Source: Patescibacteria group bacterium (GTDB taxonomy: Bacteria > Patescibacteriota > WWE3 > UBA101185 > UBA10185). Taken from it: 64,000 bases of DNA. The notes beneath the pieces were generated by a model. It did not search any database and was not told the DNA's origin. It saw only the letters and a list, made by a program, of their open reading frames with translations. The stretch covers positions 1,046,143-1,110,142 of the forward strand of contig JBMORU010000001.1 of assembly GCA_049322215.1 (NCBI GenBank), given 5' to 3'. A program made the translations under genes and the position numbers. Positions 45,901 to 61,000 of the stretch are shown piece after piece; within the stretch, counting starts at the first letter, position 1, and every line of letters begins with the position of its first letter.

Positions 45901-46286
45901 ATTGCAAACACAGTATACAGGCTTGTGAAAAAAACTGCAGGGTGGATATGGGACATTGAAAGTTTAAGATGCAGAGCAAACTTAAAACCTTAAGGTTTTC
46001 TTTAATATTTGTAAAGAAAACATACTACTGAGTTCCAATGTTCTCAGATCTCGCATAAGGGGATCCAATGTTGTATTCCATAACCACCCTGTCTACTTCT
46101 CTACTGCAGACTCACTACCAAACAGATGCATAAGGAGATTCAATTCATCCAGGCAGTAAGTCTTAACCAGATATCACAGCTAATTATTTTACTATATATA
46201 AGAACCATTGTCAAAGTTGTGCGACTGCAAAATTTTACTAAAAGCAATTTGTTCAAACTACCTCTAAAAGATGCTAAAATCGCTTC

Positions 46287-46460
46287 GTGTTAAAATTTAT
46301 TAAAGATTCGTATAGAGAATTTAAAAAGGTGCAATGGCCTTCTAGAAAGCAAAGTATTCTCTTGACTGGCTACGTTATTGGTGTTAGTTTAGTCATCGGT
46401 CTCTTTGTGACAGGAGCAGATTATTCATTTCGAGAAGCGCTTTCAGCATTTTTAAGATAA
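46287..46460 (+). CDS. secE: preprotein translocase subunit SecE (GTG start, 57 aa)
   Basis: '...FKKVQWPSRKQSILLTGYVIGVSLVIGLF...' = SecE 'KVTWP' motif plus single TM; stop abuts the nusG ATG. No ATG in frame; GTG at 46287 assumed. Confidence 0.55.
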   Translation: MLKFIKDSYREFKKVQWPSRKQSILLTGYVIGVSLVIGLFVTGADYSFREALSAFLR

Positions 46461-47078
46461 ATGACAGAAAATAATAACGAAACAACTGAACAAAATAGTA
46501 ATAATGTCATGGGCCTAGAAGAAGGCATGATAGTTATTTCTGAAGATGCTCCTAAAAGAGCAAAATGGTTTGTGGTACATACGTACTCAGGACATGAGAA
46601 AAAAGTAGCCGTTACTCTAAAACAAAGAGCAGAATCATCAGGATTTGTTGATAAGATATTTAAAATACTTATACCTACTCAACAAAAAATTGTTATAAGT
46701 GAAGGAAAAAAGAGAAAAGTTGATGAAAGACTATTTCCAGGTTATATTATCGTTCAAATGATAATGGGCGATGATGCATGGCATTTAGTTAGGTCAACAA
46801 GAGGAGTAACAGGATTTGTAGGTACAGGAACAACACCTACCCCACTTCCTGAATCAGAAGTTAAAACACTGATGAAATTCATGAAAATGGAAGCTCCTAA
46901 ATTTGAAGCTAAGTTTTCGATTGGAGATGCTGTTAGAATAACAGAAGGCCCATTTGCCGATTTCTTAGGCAAAGTAGATGAAGTAAATGATGAACAAGGA
47001 AAAGTGAAAGTATTAGTTTCAGTATTTGGCAGAGAAACTCCAGTTGAGTTAGATTTTGTACAAGTTAAAAGTATATAA
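46461..47078 (+). CDS. nusG: transcription termination/antitermination factor NusG
   Basis: NGN domain '[14 protein letters not shown]'; KOW '[18 protein letters not shown]'. Confidence 0.9.
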   Translation: MTENNNETTEQNSNNVMGLEEGMIVISEDAPKRAKWFVVHTYSGHEKKVAVTLKQRAESSGFVDKIFKILIPTQQKIVISEGKKRKVDERLFPGYIIVQMIMGDDAWHLVRSTRGVTGFVGTGTTPTPLPESEVKTLMKFMKMEAPKFEAKFSIGDAVRITEGPFADFLGKVDEVNDEQGKVKVLVSVFGRETPVELDFVQVKSI

Positions 47079-47080
47079 AA

Positions 47081-47515
47081 ATGGCAAAAAAAGTTAAAAA
47101 AGTAAAAGGAATAATTAAATTAAACATTCAAGCAGGGAAAGCCACGCCAGCACCTCCTGTAGGACCTTCATTAGGTCAGTACGGAGTTCCATTGATGGAT
47201 TTTTGTAAAGAGTTTAATGCTAGAACAGCTGATATGGGGGATGACATTATTCCTGTTGTTTTAACAGTATATGAAGACAGATCTTTTAAATTTATTACTA
47301 AAACGCCAGTAACGTCAAGATTAATATTAAAAGCACTAGGTATAAAAAAAGGTTCTGCCGTGCCAAATAAAGATAAAGTAGGTAAACTTTCAAGAGTACA
47401 GGCAGAAGAAATAGCAAATATAAAAATGAAAGATTTAAACGCTAGATCCATGGATGAAGCTGTGAGAATTATTGCAGGTACAGCAAGAGCTATGGGTATA
47501 GATACGGAGGAATAA
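47081..47515 (+). CDS. rplK: 50S ribosomal protein L11
   Basis: '[25 protein letters not shown]' L11 signature. Confidence 0.9.
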   Translation: MAKKVKKVKGIIKLNIQAGKATPAPPVGPSLGQYGVPLMDFCKEFNARTADMGDDIIPVVLTVYEDRSFKFITKTPVTSRLILKALGIKKGSAVPNKDKVGKLSRVQAEEIANIKMKDLNARSMDEAVRIIAGTARAMGIDTEE

Positions 47516-47522
47516 ACCACAA

Positions 47523-48173
47523 ATGAGTAAAGAAAAAACACCATTAAACGTAATAGAAGCAATTGAAAAAGTAAAGAAAACATGTAAATGTAACTTTGAC
47601 TCCACTATAGAAGTACATTTAAATGTGGCTTTAGACCCTAAAAAACAAGATCAGCAAATAAGAGTTACTACTTCCCTACCTTATGGTACAGGTAAAACAA
47701 AAAAAGTAGCTGTTATGGCGGCTAAACCTGTAAAAAATGCAGATATAGAACTTTCTGAAGATGATTTAAAAAAGATTGAATCCGGAACATTAAAGCCTGG
47801 AACTGATTTTGATGCAGTTGTTGTTGAACCAAGTTACATGCCTAAAATAGCAAGAGTAGCTAAAATTTTAGGACCAAAGGGAATGATGCCTAATCCAAAG
47901 AGTGGTACAGTAACTGAAAATGTAGAACAAACTGTTAATGAAATAAAAAAAGGTAAAGTTGAAATAAAGATGGAACAAACAACACCGATAATACACACAA
48001 TAATTGGTAAAAAAAGCTTTGATACTAATTCTTTAGCTGAAAACTTAAAGGAAGTTATTACCACTTTAAGACAAAACAAGCCACAAAAAGCTAAACCTGA
48101 CTGGTTGAAAGAATGTTATATCTCATCTTCAATGAGCCCTTCAGTATTGGTAGATTTATCCACAGTAAAGTAG
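47523..48173 (+). CDS. rplA: 50S ribosomal protein L1
   Basis: L1 fold motifs 'FDSTIEVHLNV', 'KILGPKGMMPNPK'. Confidence 0.9.
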   Translation: MSKEKTPLNVIEAIEKVKKTCKCNFDSTIEVHLNVALDPKKQDQQIRVTTSLPYGTGKTKKVAVMAAKPVKNADIELSEDDLKKIESGTLKPGTDFDAVVVEPSYMPKIARVAKILGPKGMMPNPKSGTVTENVEQTVNEIKKGKVEIKMEQTTPIIHTIIGKKSFDTNSLAENLKEVITTLRQNKPQKAKPDWLKECYISSSMSPSVLVDLSTVK

Positions 48174-50759
<2,586 letters not shown>

Positions 50760-50760
50760 T

Positions 50761-52251
50761 TTACGAACTCCTCCCTAAAAGAAAGTCCATTTTTGGCGCA
50801 CATTTCCCTAAAAAGTCATTAAAATCCTTTGCGGAAGTAATTAACGCATCTACTTCTTGTTTGTAAGACGAATTTTCCTCGTAAGCCTTTATTACTCTTT
50901 CCAAATCGCTCCTCATTTTGCTTTTACCATCAGCAGACCAAATTCCTAACCAAATTAGTGTATATAAAGTAATTTGTAAGTTTAAAGGTAAAACTCTATT
51001 CATATGCTGGCCAAAAAAAGCTAATAACTTATCTCCCATATTTAAAGTTGTAGTTATACCCTGATTAAGTTCAGCACCAAAGTGCACGAAACTCTGAGTT
51101 TTTTCATATAATGTCAGGAAGCTACTGAGCTCCCTATTTATTCCCCAACGTAAAGGTGTTTGAGTTTGTCTACCTACACGAGTAACAGATAAAAAGTAAT
51201 TTATTGCGGGACGACGACCTTGAGTAAACAGATCTTTATCAAAAAACACATGTCCATCGGTTATAGACATTAGGTTGGTTTGAATAAATCCCGATATATC
51301 ACCCTCAACCGTTTCGGCAACAGGAAGGCATGTAATAGAAACAGACCCATTTTCATGTTTGAAATTACCTGCTCGTTCTAATAAGCGGGCATGCGCGTAA
51401 AAGATATCGCCAGGATATGAATTTCGTCCTGGAAATCTTTTAGCAATCAAACTAACTTCTCGATAAAACTTTGCATGTGTTGATAAATCGTCTAAAATTA
51501 GTAACACATCTTGCCCTTTATCTCTAAAATATTCAGCTAATGTCATAGCTGCATAGGGAGTAATATGAATCAAACCCAAAGAATCAGATGCCCTTGAAGC
51601 AATAATAATGGTTTTATCTTTAATGTTTTGTTTTTCCAAAAAATTTTCGACTTTTTTTATGTCAATTTGCTTTTTTCCTATACCCGCATATATACAAAGA
51701 CTTCCCTGATTTACCTGACTTAAAATTGTTTGCAGTATGAAAGCTGTTTTTCCAATTTTCCTATCACCTATTATTAACTCACGTTGCCCTTTTCCTAAAG
51801 GTATCATTAAATCTACAAGGCTAACGCCGGTTTCCAAAGGCTGCGCAATTTTTACTCTCGTATCTATACCTGTAGGACTAGTGTTTATATTTCTATAATT
51901 CTCACTTTTTGCCAAAGGCTTATTTGGATAAATAGAATGACCCAATGGGTTAATAGAAGCACCCAGTAAATGATCTCCAACAGGTATTTGAAGTACTTTG
52001 TCTGTACGCGAAGCTTTAGTACCTACAAGTAAAGGTATTTCGGAAAAAACCAATACTTCAACATGGTTGTTATTTACGGATTGAACTTCACCAAACTCAC
52101 CACTTTCAAATAATATAAGCTCACTTGGCTTGGCTTTAGGTAAACCTTCAAGATAAACAATTGGATGACTAACAATTTCTACATAGCCCACCTCATTAAA
52201 TGTATCTAAATTAGTATTAAATTGATTCTTTAAGTCTTTTGATGTATTCAT
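50761..52251 (-). CDS. atpA: ATP synthase F1 alpha subunit
   Basis: 'GDRKIGKTAF' P-loop and alpha-family C-terminal domain. Confidence 0.9.
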   Translation of the reverse strand: MNTSKDLKNQFNTNLDTFNEVGYVEIVSHPIVYLEGLPKAKPSELILFESGEFGEVQSVNNNHVEVLVFSEIPLLVGTKASRTDKVLQIPVGDHLLGASINPLGHSIYPNKPLAKSENYRNINTSPTGIDTRVKIAQPLETGVSLVDLMIPLGKGQRELIIGDRKIGKTAFILQTILSQVNQGSLCIYAGIGKKQIDIKKVENFLEKQNIKDKTIIIASRASDSLGLIHITPYAAMTLAEYFRDKGQDVLLILDDLSTHAKFYREVSLIAKRFPGRNSYPGDIFYAHARLLERAGNFKHENGSVSITCLPVAETVEGDISGFIQTNLMSITDGHVFFDKDLFTQGRRPAINYFLSVTRVGRQTQTPLRWGINRELSSFLTLYEKTQSFVHFGAELNQGITTTLNMGDKLLAFFGQHMNRVLPLNLQITLYTLIWLGIWSADGKSKMRSDLERVIKAYEENSSYKQEVDALITSAKDFNDFLGKCAPKMDFLLGRSS

Positions 52252-52711
52252 TATCAGTTGTAAATAAATTATCTAATTTCTTTTTAACAGACATATCCAG
52301 GTACATGCCGTTATACGACATAATCAACCCGCCTAGTATTTCAGGATCTTCTGTAAAAGAAACGTAATACAAAGATCCTATGTTGCTCTTTATCCAATTC
52401 GACACACTGTTACATATAGGTTCAGCTTTTATAGCCACTGTGACTTTGACATCAGTCATTTCAGACAGCAATGAAGTTATCCCCTGCAAAAATGTACGCT
52501 TTTCGCGTATTGTAGCTAATTTTAAACCGTTCTCTTGCATATAACTTGTTATGGCCTCTTTAGCGAATAAATACTGTTTATTTGACATTAATTGACTAAC
52601 GTATTCATAGGATAAATTAGGCATATTTAGGTTTAGAGTATCCACCAAGTCTTTTATTTCCTTAAAATCCTTGTTTGTCTTAATAATAGAAGTTAAAGGG
52701 GTTTTATTCAT
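52217..52711 (-). CDS. atpH: ATP synthase delta (OSCP) subunit
   Basis: Position; C-terminal 'GGLIMSYNGMYLDMSVKKKLDNL' OSCP pattern. Confidence 0.65.
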   Translation of the reverse strand: MNKTPLTSIIKTNKDFKEIKDLVDTLNLNMPNLSYEYVSQLMSNKQYLFAKEAITSYMQENGLKLATIREKRTFLQGITSLLSEMTDVKVTVAIKAEPICNSVSNWIKSNIGSLYYVSFTEDPEILGGLIMSYNGMYLDMSVKKKLDNLFTTDNEYIKRLKESI

Positions 52712-53520
52712 GCCAAACCTTTAAACTTATTGTCTTTTTTCGCTTCTTCGAGCGCACGAATTATTAAATCTTGATGCTCCTCCACATTTAGAGCAGCACC
52801 TAATGTTTTTACTGAAACGTCATATATTATTGACAAAATAGAATCATCAATTTTAGACAGCTTTTCTTTTTCATAATCTTCTATGATTTTTCTGGTTTCG
52901 TCATAGTCGGCAGCCAGCATAGTTGACACCGCATTTTCTCTCTCTACTGTGGTATCACGCAAGTGTTCTTTAAATTCTTTGGTATCTTTTTCTAGCTCTT
53001 TCTCTATTTGTAAAGTATCTTCATGCAAAATATTCTTAATTGAAGCTAGTTCATCTTTTATATCTCCTTCGACTTTTAAGGATAGGTTTTTAATAGAAGC
53101 CACACCAAGTTCTTTTTCACTTTTAAATACGTCCTTGTAGCTTTCAAGTAACTTTGACATGTATATAGATAAAACATCCTCCTGTTTCTTTGAAAGTTCG
53201 GCCAGGTGGTTTTCTAAGGAGATTTTGGTGGCATTGTCTATAGTAACTGAGGAATCTAAAATTTCTCCTGCTTCTTTTGTTGCGCTTTTTATGATATTTA
53301 AGGCAGAACGGTTTGCGGTCGCCAAAATATCCCTAGCATCGTTATACGCTTCTTGTCTCACATTTTCCGTCTTTTTGGCGTCTTCAATTTCTACAAAATT
53401 TAGCCACTTACCAAAGAACGCGTAAAACGAGTTGAATATTAATACAATAGTAACAAGAACTACAAAAATAAATGTTATACTTAATATTATTAAAAATGGA
53501 TCTAAGGGCAGTTGATACAT
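52708..53520 (-). CDS. atpF: ATP synthase Fo b subunit (long form, 270 aa)
   Basis: Single N-terminal TM then long charged coiled coil; operon position. Confidence 0.65.
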   Translation of the reverse strand: MYQLPLDPFLIILSITFIFVVLVTIVLIFNSFYAFFGKWLNFVEIEDAKKTENVRQEAYNDARDILATANRSALNIIKSATKEAGEILDSSVTIDNATKISLENHLAELSKKQEDVLSIYMSKLLESYKDVFKSEKELGVASIKNLSLKVEGDIKDELASIKNILHEDTLQIEKELEKDTKEFKEHLRDTTVERENAVSTMLAADYDETRKIIEDYEKEKLSKIDDSILSIIYDVSVKTLGAALNVEEHQDLIIRALEEAKKDNKFKGLA

Positions 53521-53555
53521 ACTAAATAAATTTTCTCACATGTAAGAATAAGTTT

Positions 53556-54341
<786 letters not shown>

Positions 54342-55071
54342 TTACATTAAATATGGGTACTAGGCTATATATGCTCCAGATTTTTCAGCGACGTACACAA
54401 ATAGTGTATTAATATGGGTTGTGTAGTTAAACTTTACTAAACACTGTGTTTATAACAGTTGGTAAGGTTTAATTATTAAAATAGGGATGCTAAATTTAGA
54501 AGCCTTTTGTAAATAACTCAGTTTGAAATAATATAGTAAGTTGAAAAAAATTTAAATAAGGCTACAACTTTGTTTTGCATAAATTTTATTCACAAAAACC
54601 AGGAACATTTTGTATAAATTTCGTAAACTAAAATTTAGGCCATTAAAAGTGGCAAATATTACCAAGAGAATTTTACAAAAAACTTTTTAAACATTTTTCT
54701 TTTTTGAATGCAGCTTTCAAGTTTAAATGGGTGCGACTTGCCTTTTAGTGTAAAAATAACCCTACTTTCTAGAAAATTAAATAGAAACCAACTTGTACTC
54801 TCTGCAAAAACTATAGGACTCAAACTTTACTCAAAAATCAAGCGTCAATTTGACAGCCCTGTCAAGGCAAAAAAGACATAAAATTGCTGGCTATTACAGA
54901 TGGTCTTATTTTCATATGAAATATTATGACAACAACGGGTTGTTAAAACTTTGTTTTTTCTTTAAATAAAAACAAAAAATAACGAGTAAAGTATTGACAC
55001 GCACATACCAAGAACGTACCATTAATGTAACCTTACCAATAGTGATGGTACAAGGTTTTGCGAAGGTTTAT

Positions 55072-58000
55072 ATGAGTCATGACCCTGCCCAGAGAAATAA
55101 AGAAATAATTAACAACTCTATCTCCCCCAGAGCTTCTGAGGGATTATCTGTTTCTAAGGCAGCAAAAATCTTAAAAATCTCCCCTTCTACACTTCGCAGA
55201 TTAGAACAAAACGGAAAAATTAAATCTACTAGAGCTGCAAATGGTTATAGGTCTTTCAGCATTGACGAAATTAGAAAACTAAAAGTACAACTAGATAAGC
55301 AGGATTTACTAGAAAAACCAGAATTAAGAGTTTTAGAGAAACAATTAAAAACTAATAATAATATAAAACCTTCGCAAAAAAATATACCAGTTACTGAAGA
55401 AATAAAAACAGGCCAATCGTATAAACAAGTAATAAAACCCAAATACCAACTAAAAAATTTTAATAAGCTAAGTAACGCACTACAAACAGCAACAATAACC
55501 TTAATACTAGTAGTAATATTAGGGGCATTTGGACTAAAGGGAACAGACACAATCAAGTATAAAACTGTTACAAATAGCGTAAAAGGCTTACTAACTACGA
55601 CAAATACGTCGGAAAGCCTTTTGGATTCTGACAATACAGAAGACTCAGCAGTATTAGCCGAAAGAAGTCAAAATCCATTGTGGACTTTTAACATAAATGT
55701 TCCTAGTACGTTTAGACAAGATGTTCAAATAACCCAGAATTTACAAATTGATCAAAATGCAAATATAGACGGAATTGTAACGACACCTAATGTAACTTTT
55801 ACAGGTACAGGAACTATCAACCAATTAGATGCTATTGACGACATAACCGAAACCACATTGGAAAATGCTTTAGACATAAACGGTGATGTTATAGGAATAG
55901 GATTAAATAATGTGACAATAGTTGACGGTGCTATTACTGTTAACAAATTGGCTGACGTTTTGGAATACGAGGGTACGCTTAGTATTGAAGGGGAATTTTT
56001 ATTAGGAGGAGATTCTGGCAGCGAAGGTGATATATTGACATCGGGTGGCAGCGGGATTCCTCAATGGGTAGCCCCATCAGAAATTAATGCTGGCCAAGTA
56101 GATGGATTAAGTGGGGATCAATTTTTAAGATCAGACACATCCGATGAATTTACATCAGGAACTTTGTCATTATCTAACGGCACATTTCTTGATTTAGGCA
56201 CTATTGATCACACTTCCACCTCCCCACAAGGTATAAGATTGCCACAATCAACAGCTTTTACTGCACCAAGCAGTGGTGAGGGATATATAGCATGGGATAC
56301 AGCCTCCAACACGCTTGTTGTATATGATGGATCTTCATGGAGCTCAATTCAAGGCCTATTTACAAATTCAGGAGATCTGACATATCTATCAGAAACTACC
56401 GACAACTTAACTATAGGAGGAACGACATCTTTAGCTAAATTGGGAATAAGTGGAGATGCAGATGAAATTCAATTATTAGTACGAGGAAATTCAACCCAAA
56501 CAACCGACTTAGTTGTATTTGAACAAAGTGATGGAACAAATGTATTTTCAGTAAATAATAATGGAACCATAACAATACCCTCTGGACAGGATTTAGTAAT
56601 AGGTTCAATTGGATTGGGAGACACGGCTGCCTCTACTACTTCGGGAGCTAACTTAATAGGTGTTTATACAGATATATTTACAAATATATCCCCTGTAGGG
56701 TCTGATTTGCAGTCAGTATTAGAAACAATTGACTCCTCTATTGGTTCAGGATCGTCAAGATGGTCTACTACATCAGGAACACTACACCCAAACACATTAG
56801 CTGAAAACTTGGCAGTCGGTGGCACTAGTCCTACTGCTGCTCCATTTGGAATTAACGTAAGTAGCAATACTGTATATATTGGTGATGCAGTAACTGCCGG
56901 AAATACAACATTAACATTTAAATCTAACTCAGGAGCATCTACAGGAAACCTAATTTATAACACAAGTGATCAGTTTCAATTTTCGGGTGGAAATGTAGTG
57001 GTAGATGGTCAACTAATAACAGGTTCTTCAGTTATAAATCTTACAACAGCCACAGGCTACTTAGACGCCGATGCTATTCAATTACTAAACCTAGGTACAG
57101 GCTCTACGGCATCCTCATCGGGTTTAGAAGTAAGTTCGGATAGAATAGGTTTGCTGCAAGGATGTGCAAATGGCGAGGTATTAAAATGGAATGAAGCTTC
57201 GGGTCTATGGCAGTGTGCTACAGATTCTGGTGCATCAAGTGCTGTTGTTCTAGTAGAGGAAAACGATGTTTCAGTAGGCACAAATGTAGGAACTTTAGAT
57301 TTCATTAACGTGTTTTCTTTAAACGAAAGTCCTTCTGGTGAAGTAAATATAGATATAGCTGATAATGCATTAAACTTTACAGAACTTGAAAGTGCCTTAA
57401 CTTTAGATACTGATACATCTATAAACTTTTATACAGGGGCAGCCGATGCTAACTTAAGATACTATAATTCAAACGATGCTACAGAATTATTATTTATAGA
57501 CGGCAATAATGGAAGAATAGGTATAGGTAATACTTCCCCATCTGCTTTACTAGGTATAGGAAGTACAAATCAATTTACAGTAAATTCATCTGGAGCAATT
57601 ACCGCAGCAACCGGAATTACTTCAAGTGGAAATATAACTTTCAGCGGATTATCAACTGATGGCGTAGTTACTGTTTCTTCTGGATTACTAGATAGTGAAG
57701 CCCAATTAGCAATCGCTCGTGGCGGAACAAATTCTACCGCTACACCAACTGCGGGGGCTATCTCCTACGGTACAGGAACTGCTTATGGGTTTAGTACAGC
57801 AGGTACCTCAGGACAATTACTACAAAGCAACGGTACAGGTGCACCTACTTGGGTTGATTCTGATACCGTAGGTATTAACTATTGGGATCGAACAGGTACT
57901 TTAGTTACTCCTTTGACAATTACTGATAATATAGCCACATTAGGTAGCATAGGAGTTGGAACAACCAACCCTGCTGCTGCTTTATCCGTAGGCGCAACAA

Positions 58001-61000
58001 GTGAATTTAGAGTTGACTCAAACGGCAACATCACAAGAATAAACGATGTGGCATACTCATTCCCCGCTTCTCAGGCTGCTGCACCTAATTATGTGCTAAC
58101 AAATGACGGAAGCGGAAATTTAACATGGCAGTCTGTTAGCGGTGTTGGAGGTATTACAGGTTCAGGAAGTACCGGACAATTAACTTACTGGAACGCTTCA
58201 AATTCTTTAACAGGTAACTTTAATCTATTTTGGAATAACAGCAACAGTCGTTTAGGAATAGGTACTAGCGCACCAGCCACAGCCTTAGATATAAATAATG
58301 GAAACATTACGTTATCTGACAATTACTGGCTTGGTTTAGGCACAGCTGCAGGAAGAATTGAATTCGACAATCAAGCTACCGACGAAATTAACTTTTTAGG
58401 TGCTAATGTTGGTATAGGAACTTCTTCCCCATCGTCATTGCTAAGTGTGGGTGCTACAAACCAATTTACAGTAAATGGAAGTGGAGCTATTACTGCCGCA
58501 ACCGGTATAACCTCAAGTGGTAACATAACTTTCAGCGGTTTATCAACCGACGGTGTAGTTACGGTTTCATCAGGTTTGTTAGGCAGTGAAGCACAACTAG
58601 CAATCGCTCGTGGTGGAACAAACTCTACAGCTACACCAACTGCTGGTGCTATTGCTTATGGAACAGGAACTGCCTATGGATTTAGTTCGGCAGGGACTTC
58701 TGGCCAGTTACTGCAAAGTAATGGTACGGGGGCTCCAACTTGGATAAACGCAGCAAGCGTAGGCACTAACTACTGGGATAGAACGGGAACACTTGTTACT
58801 CCTCTGACAATCACTGACAACGTAGCTACACTTGGCAGCATAGGTATAGGCACCACCAATCCTGCAGCAGCACTAAGCGTAGGAGGTAGCAGCGAATTCA
58901 GAGTAGACACAAACGGCAACATTACAAGAATAAACGATGTAGCATATTCATTCCCTGCCTCACAAGCAGCCTCTGACAATTACGTTTTAACAAATGATGG
59001 AAGCGGTAACTTAACTTGGGAATCTGTTAGCGGCGTTGGGGGTTTAACAGGCTCTGGGAATACGGGACAATTAACATACTGGAATGCAGCTAACTCAATT
59101 GCTGGTAATTTTAACTTCTTTTTAGATACAACAAATAATAGATTGGGTATTGGTACTTCTGCTCCTACATCAGCACTTGACATAAATAATGGAAATATAA
59201 CACTATCTGACAATTACTGGCTTGGTTTAGGCACAGCTGCAGGAAGAATCGAATTCGATAACCAAGCCACTGATGAAATTAACTTTTTAGGAGCCAACGT
59301 TGGTATAGGAACTTCTTCTCCTTCAGCTTTGCTAAGCGTGGGTGCAGGTAGTCAATTTACAGTAAATGGTAGCGGTGCCGTTACCGCAGCAACCGGGATT
59401 ACCTCAAGCGGTAACATAACTTTCAGTGGTTTATCAACCGATGGTGTAGTAACTGTTTCGTCTGGGTTACTTGGAAGTGAAGCCCAACTTGCAACTGCTC
59501 GTGGCGGAACAAATTCTATCGCTACACCAACTGCGGGGGCTATCTCGTACGGTACAGGAACTGCCTACAACTTCAGCTCAGCAGGCACTTCAGGACAATT
59601 ACTACAAAGTAACGGTACTGGGGCACCAACTTGGATAAATTCGGCAAGTGTAGGAACAAATTACTGGGATCGTACAGGTACGCTTGTTACCCCTCTGACA
59701 ATTAGCGATGACTTAGCCTCCTTAGGCAACGTGGGCATAGGCTTAACCAACCCAATAGGAGCATTGCATGTAACCGGCGATGAAGTAAGAATTGGTGACG
59801 CAGGTACTATTAACTTTGCTACAGCTGATGGCGACTTGTACGTAGAAGATGCTTTAGAAGTAGACGGAAGCACATACTTAAGCACACTATATTTAGCAGG
59901 TACACAAGTAACATCAACTGCTGCAGAACTTAACCTACTCGACGGCAGTACCGCAGTTTTAGGCGGATTAGTATTTGGAAACGGCACATATTTAACTCAA
60001 GATGCTGCAAATATATTCTGGGATGATTCAACTAACAGACTTGGTATTGGTACAACAGGGCCTCAAGCTGCTTTATCGGTTGGCGCCACAAGTGAGTTTA
60101 GAGTTGATTCAACCGGTAATGTTACTAGAATAAACGATATTGCTTACTCGTTCCCTGCCTCACAAGCAGGCGCTTCAAATTACGTACTTACCAATGACGG
60201 AAGTGGTAACTTAACCTGGGAGTCTGTAAGTGGTGTAGGGGGCTTAACCGGCTCCGGTAGTACTGGACAAGCTACATTCTGGAACGGAACAAATGCTTTA
60301 ACAGGGAATTTCAATTATTTCTGGGATAACAATACTAATAGATTAGGCATTGGAACAAGCGCCCCACAAGCATCTTTAAGTGTTGGCAGCAGTAGTGAAT
60401 TCAGGGTCGATGCAAGTGGCAATGTAACTAGAATAAATGATGTTGTTTATTCCTTCCCCGCATCACAAGCAACTTCAGGTAACTACGTTTTAACAAATGA
60501 TGGTAGCGGCAACTTAACTTGGGAATCTGTTAGCGGTGTTGGAGGTTTAACTGGTTCTGGTAACACAGGTCAACTAACATATTGGAATGGCACTAACGCT
60601 TTAACAGGTAACTTTAATTTGTTCTGGGATACCAGTACAAACAGATTAGGTATAGGCACCTCGGCACCTCAAGCTTCTTTAAGTATAGGAAGTGCTAGTG
60701 AATTTAGAGTTGATTCAAACGGTAATGTTACAAGAATCAACGATGTAGCCTACTCTTTCCCCGCTTCGCAAGCAGCTTCTGACAATTACGTTTTAACAAA
60801 CGACGGCAGCGGTAACTTAACATGGGAATCTGTTAGCGGCGTTGGTGGAATAACCGGAGCAGGCAGCAATGGGCAGCTTACTTACTGGAACGGAGCCAAT
60901 TCACTAACAGGAAACTTTGACTTATTTTTAGATTCTAATAATAGCCGCCTAGGAATAGGCACTTCAGCACCTACTACAGCTTTAGATATAAATAATGGAA

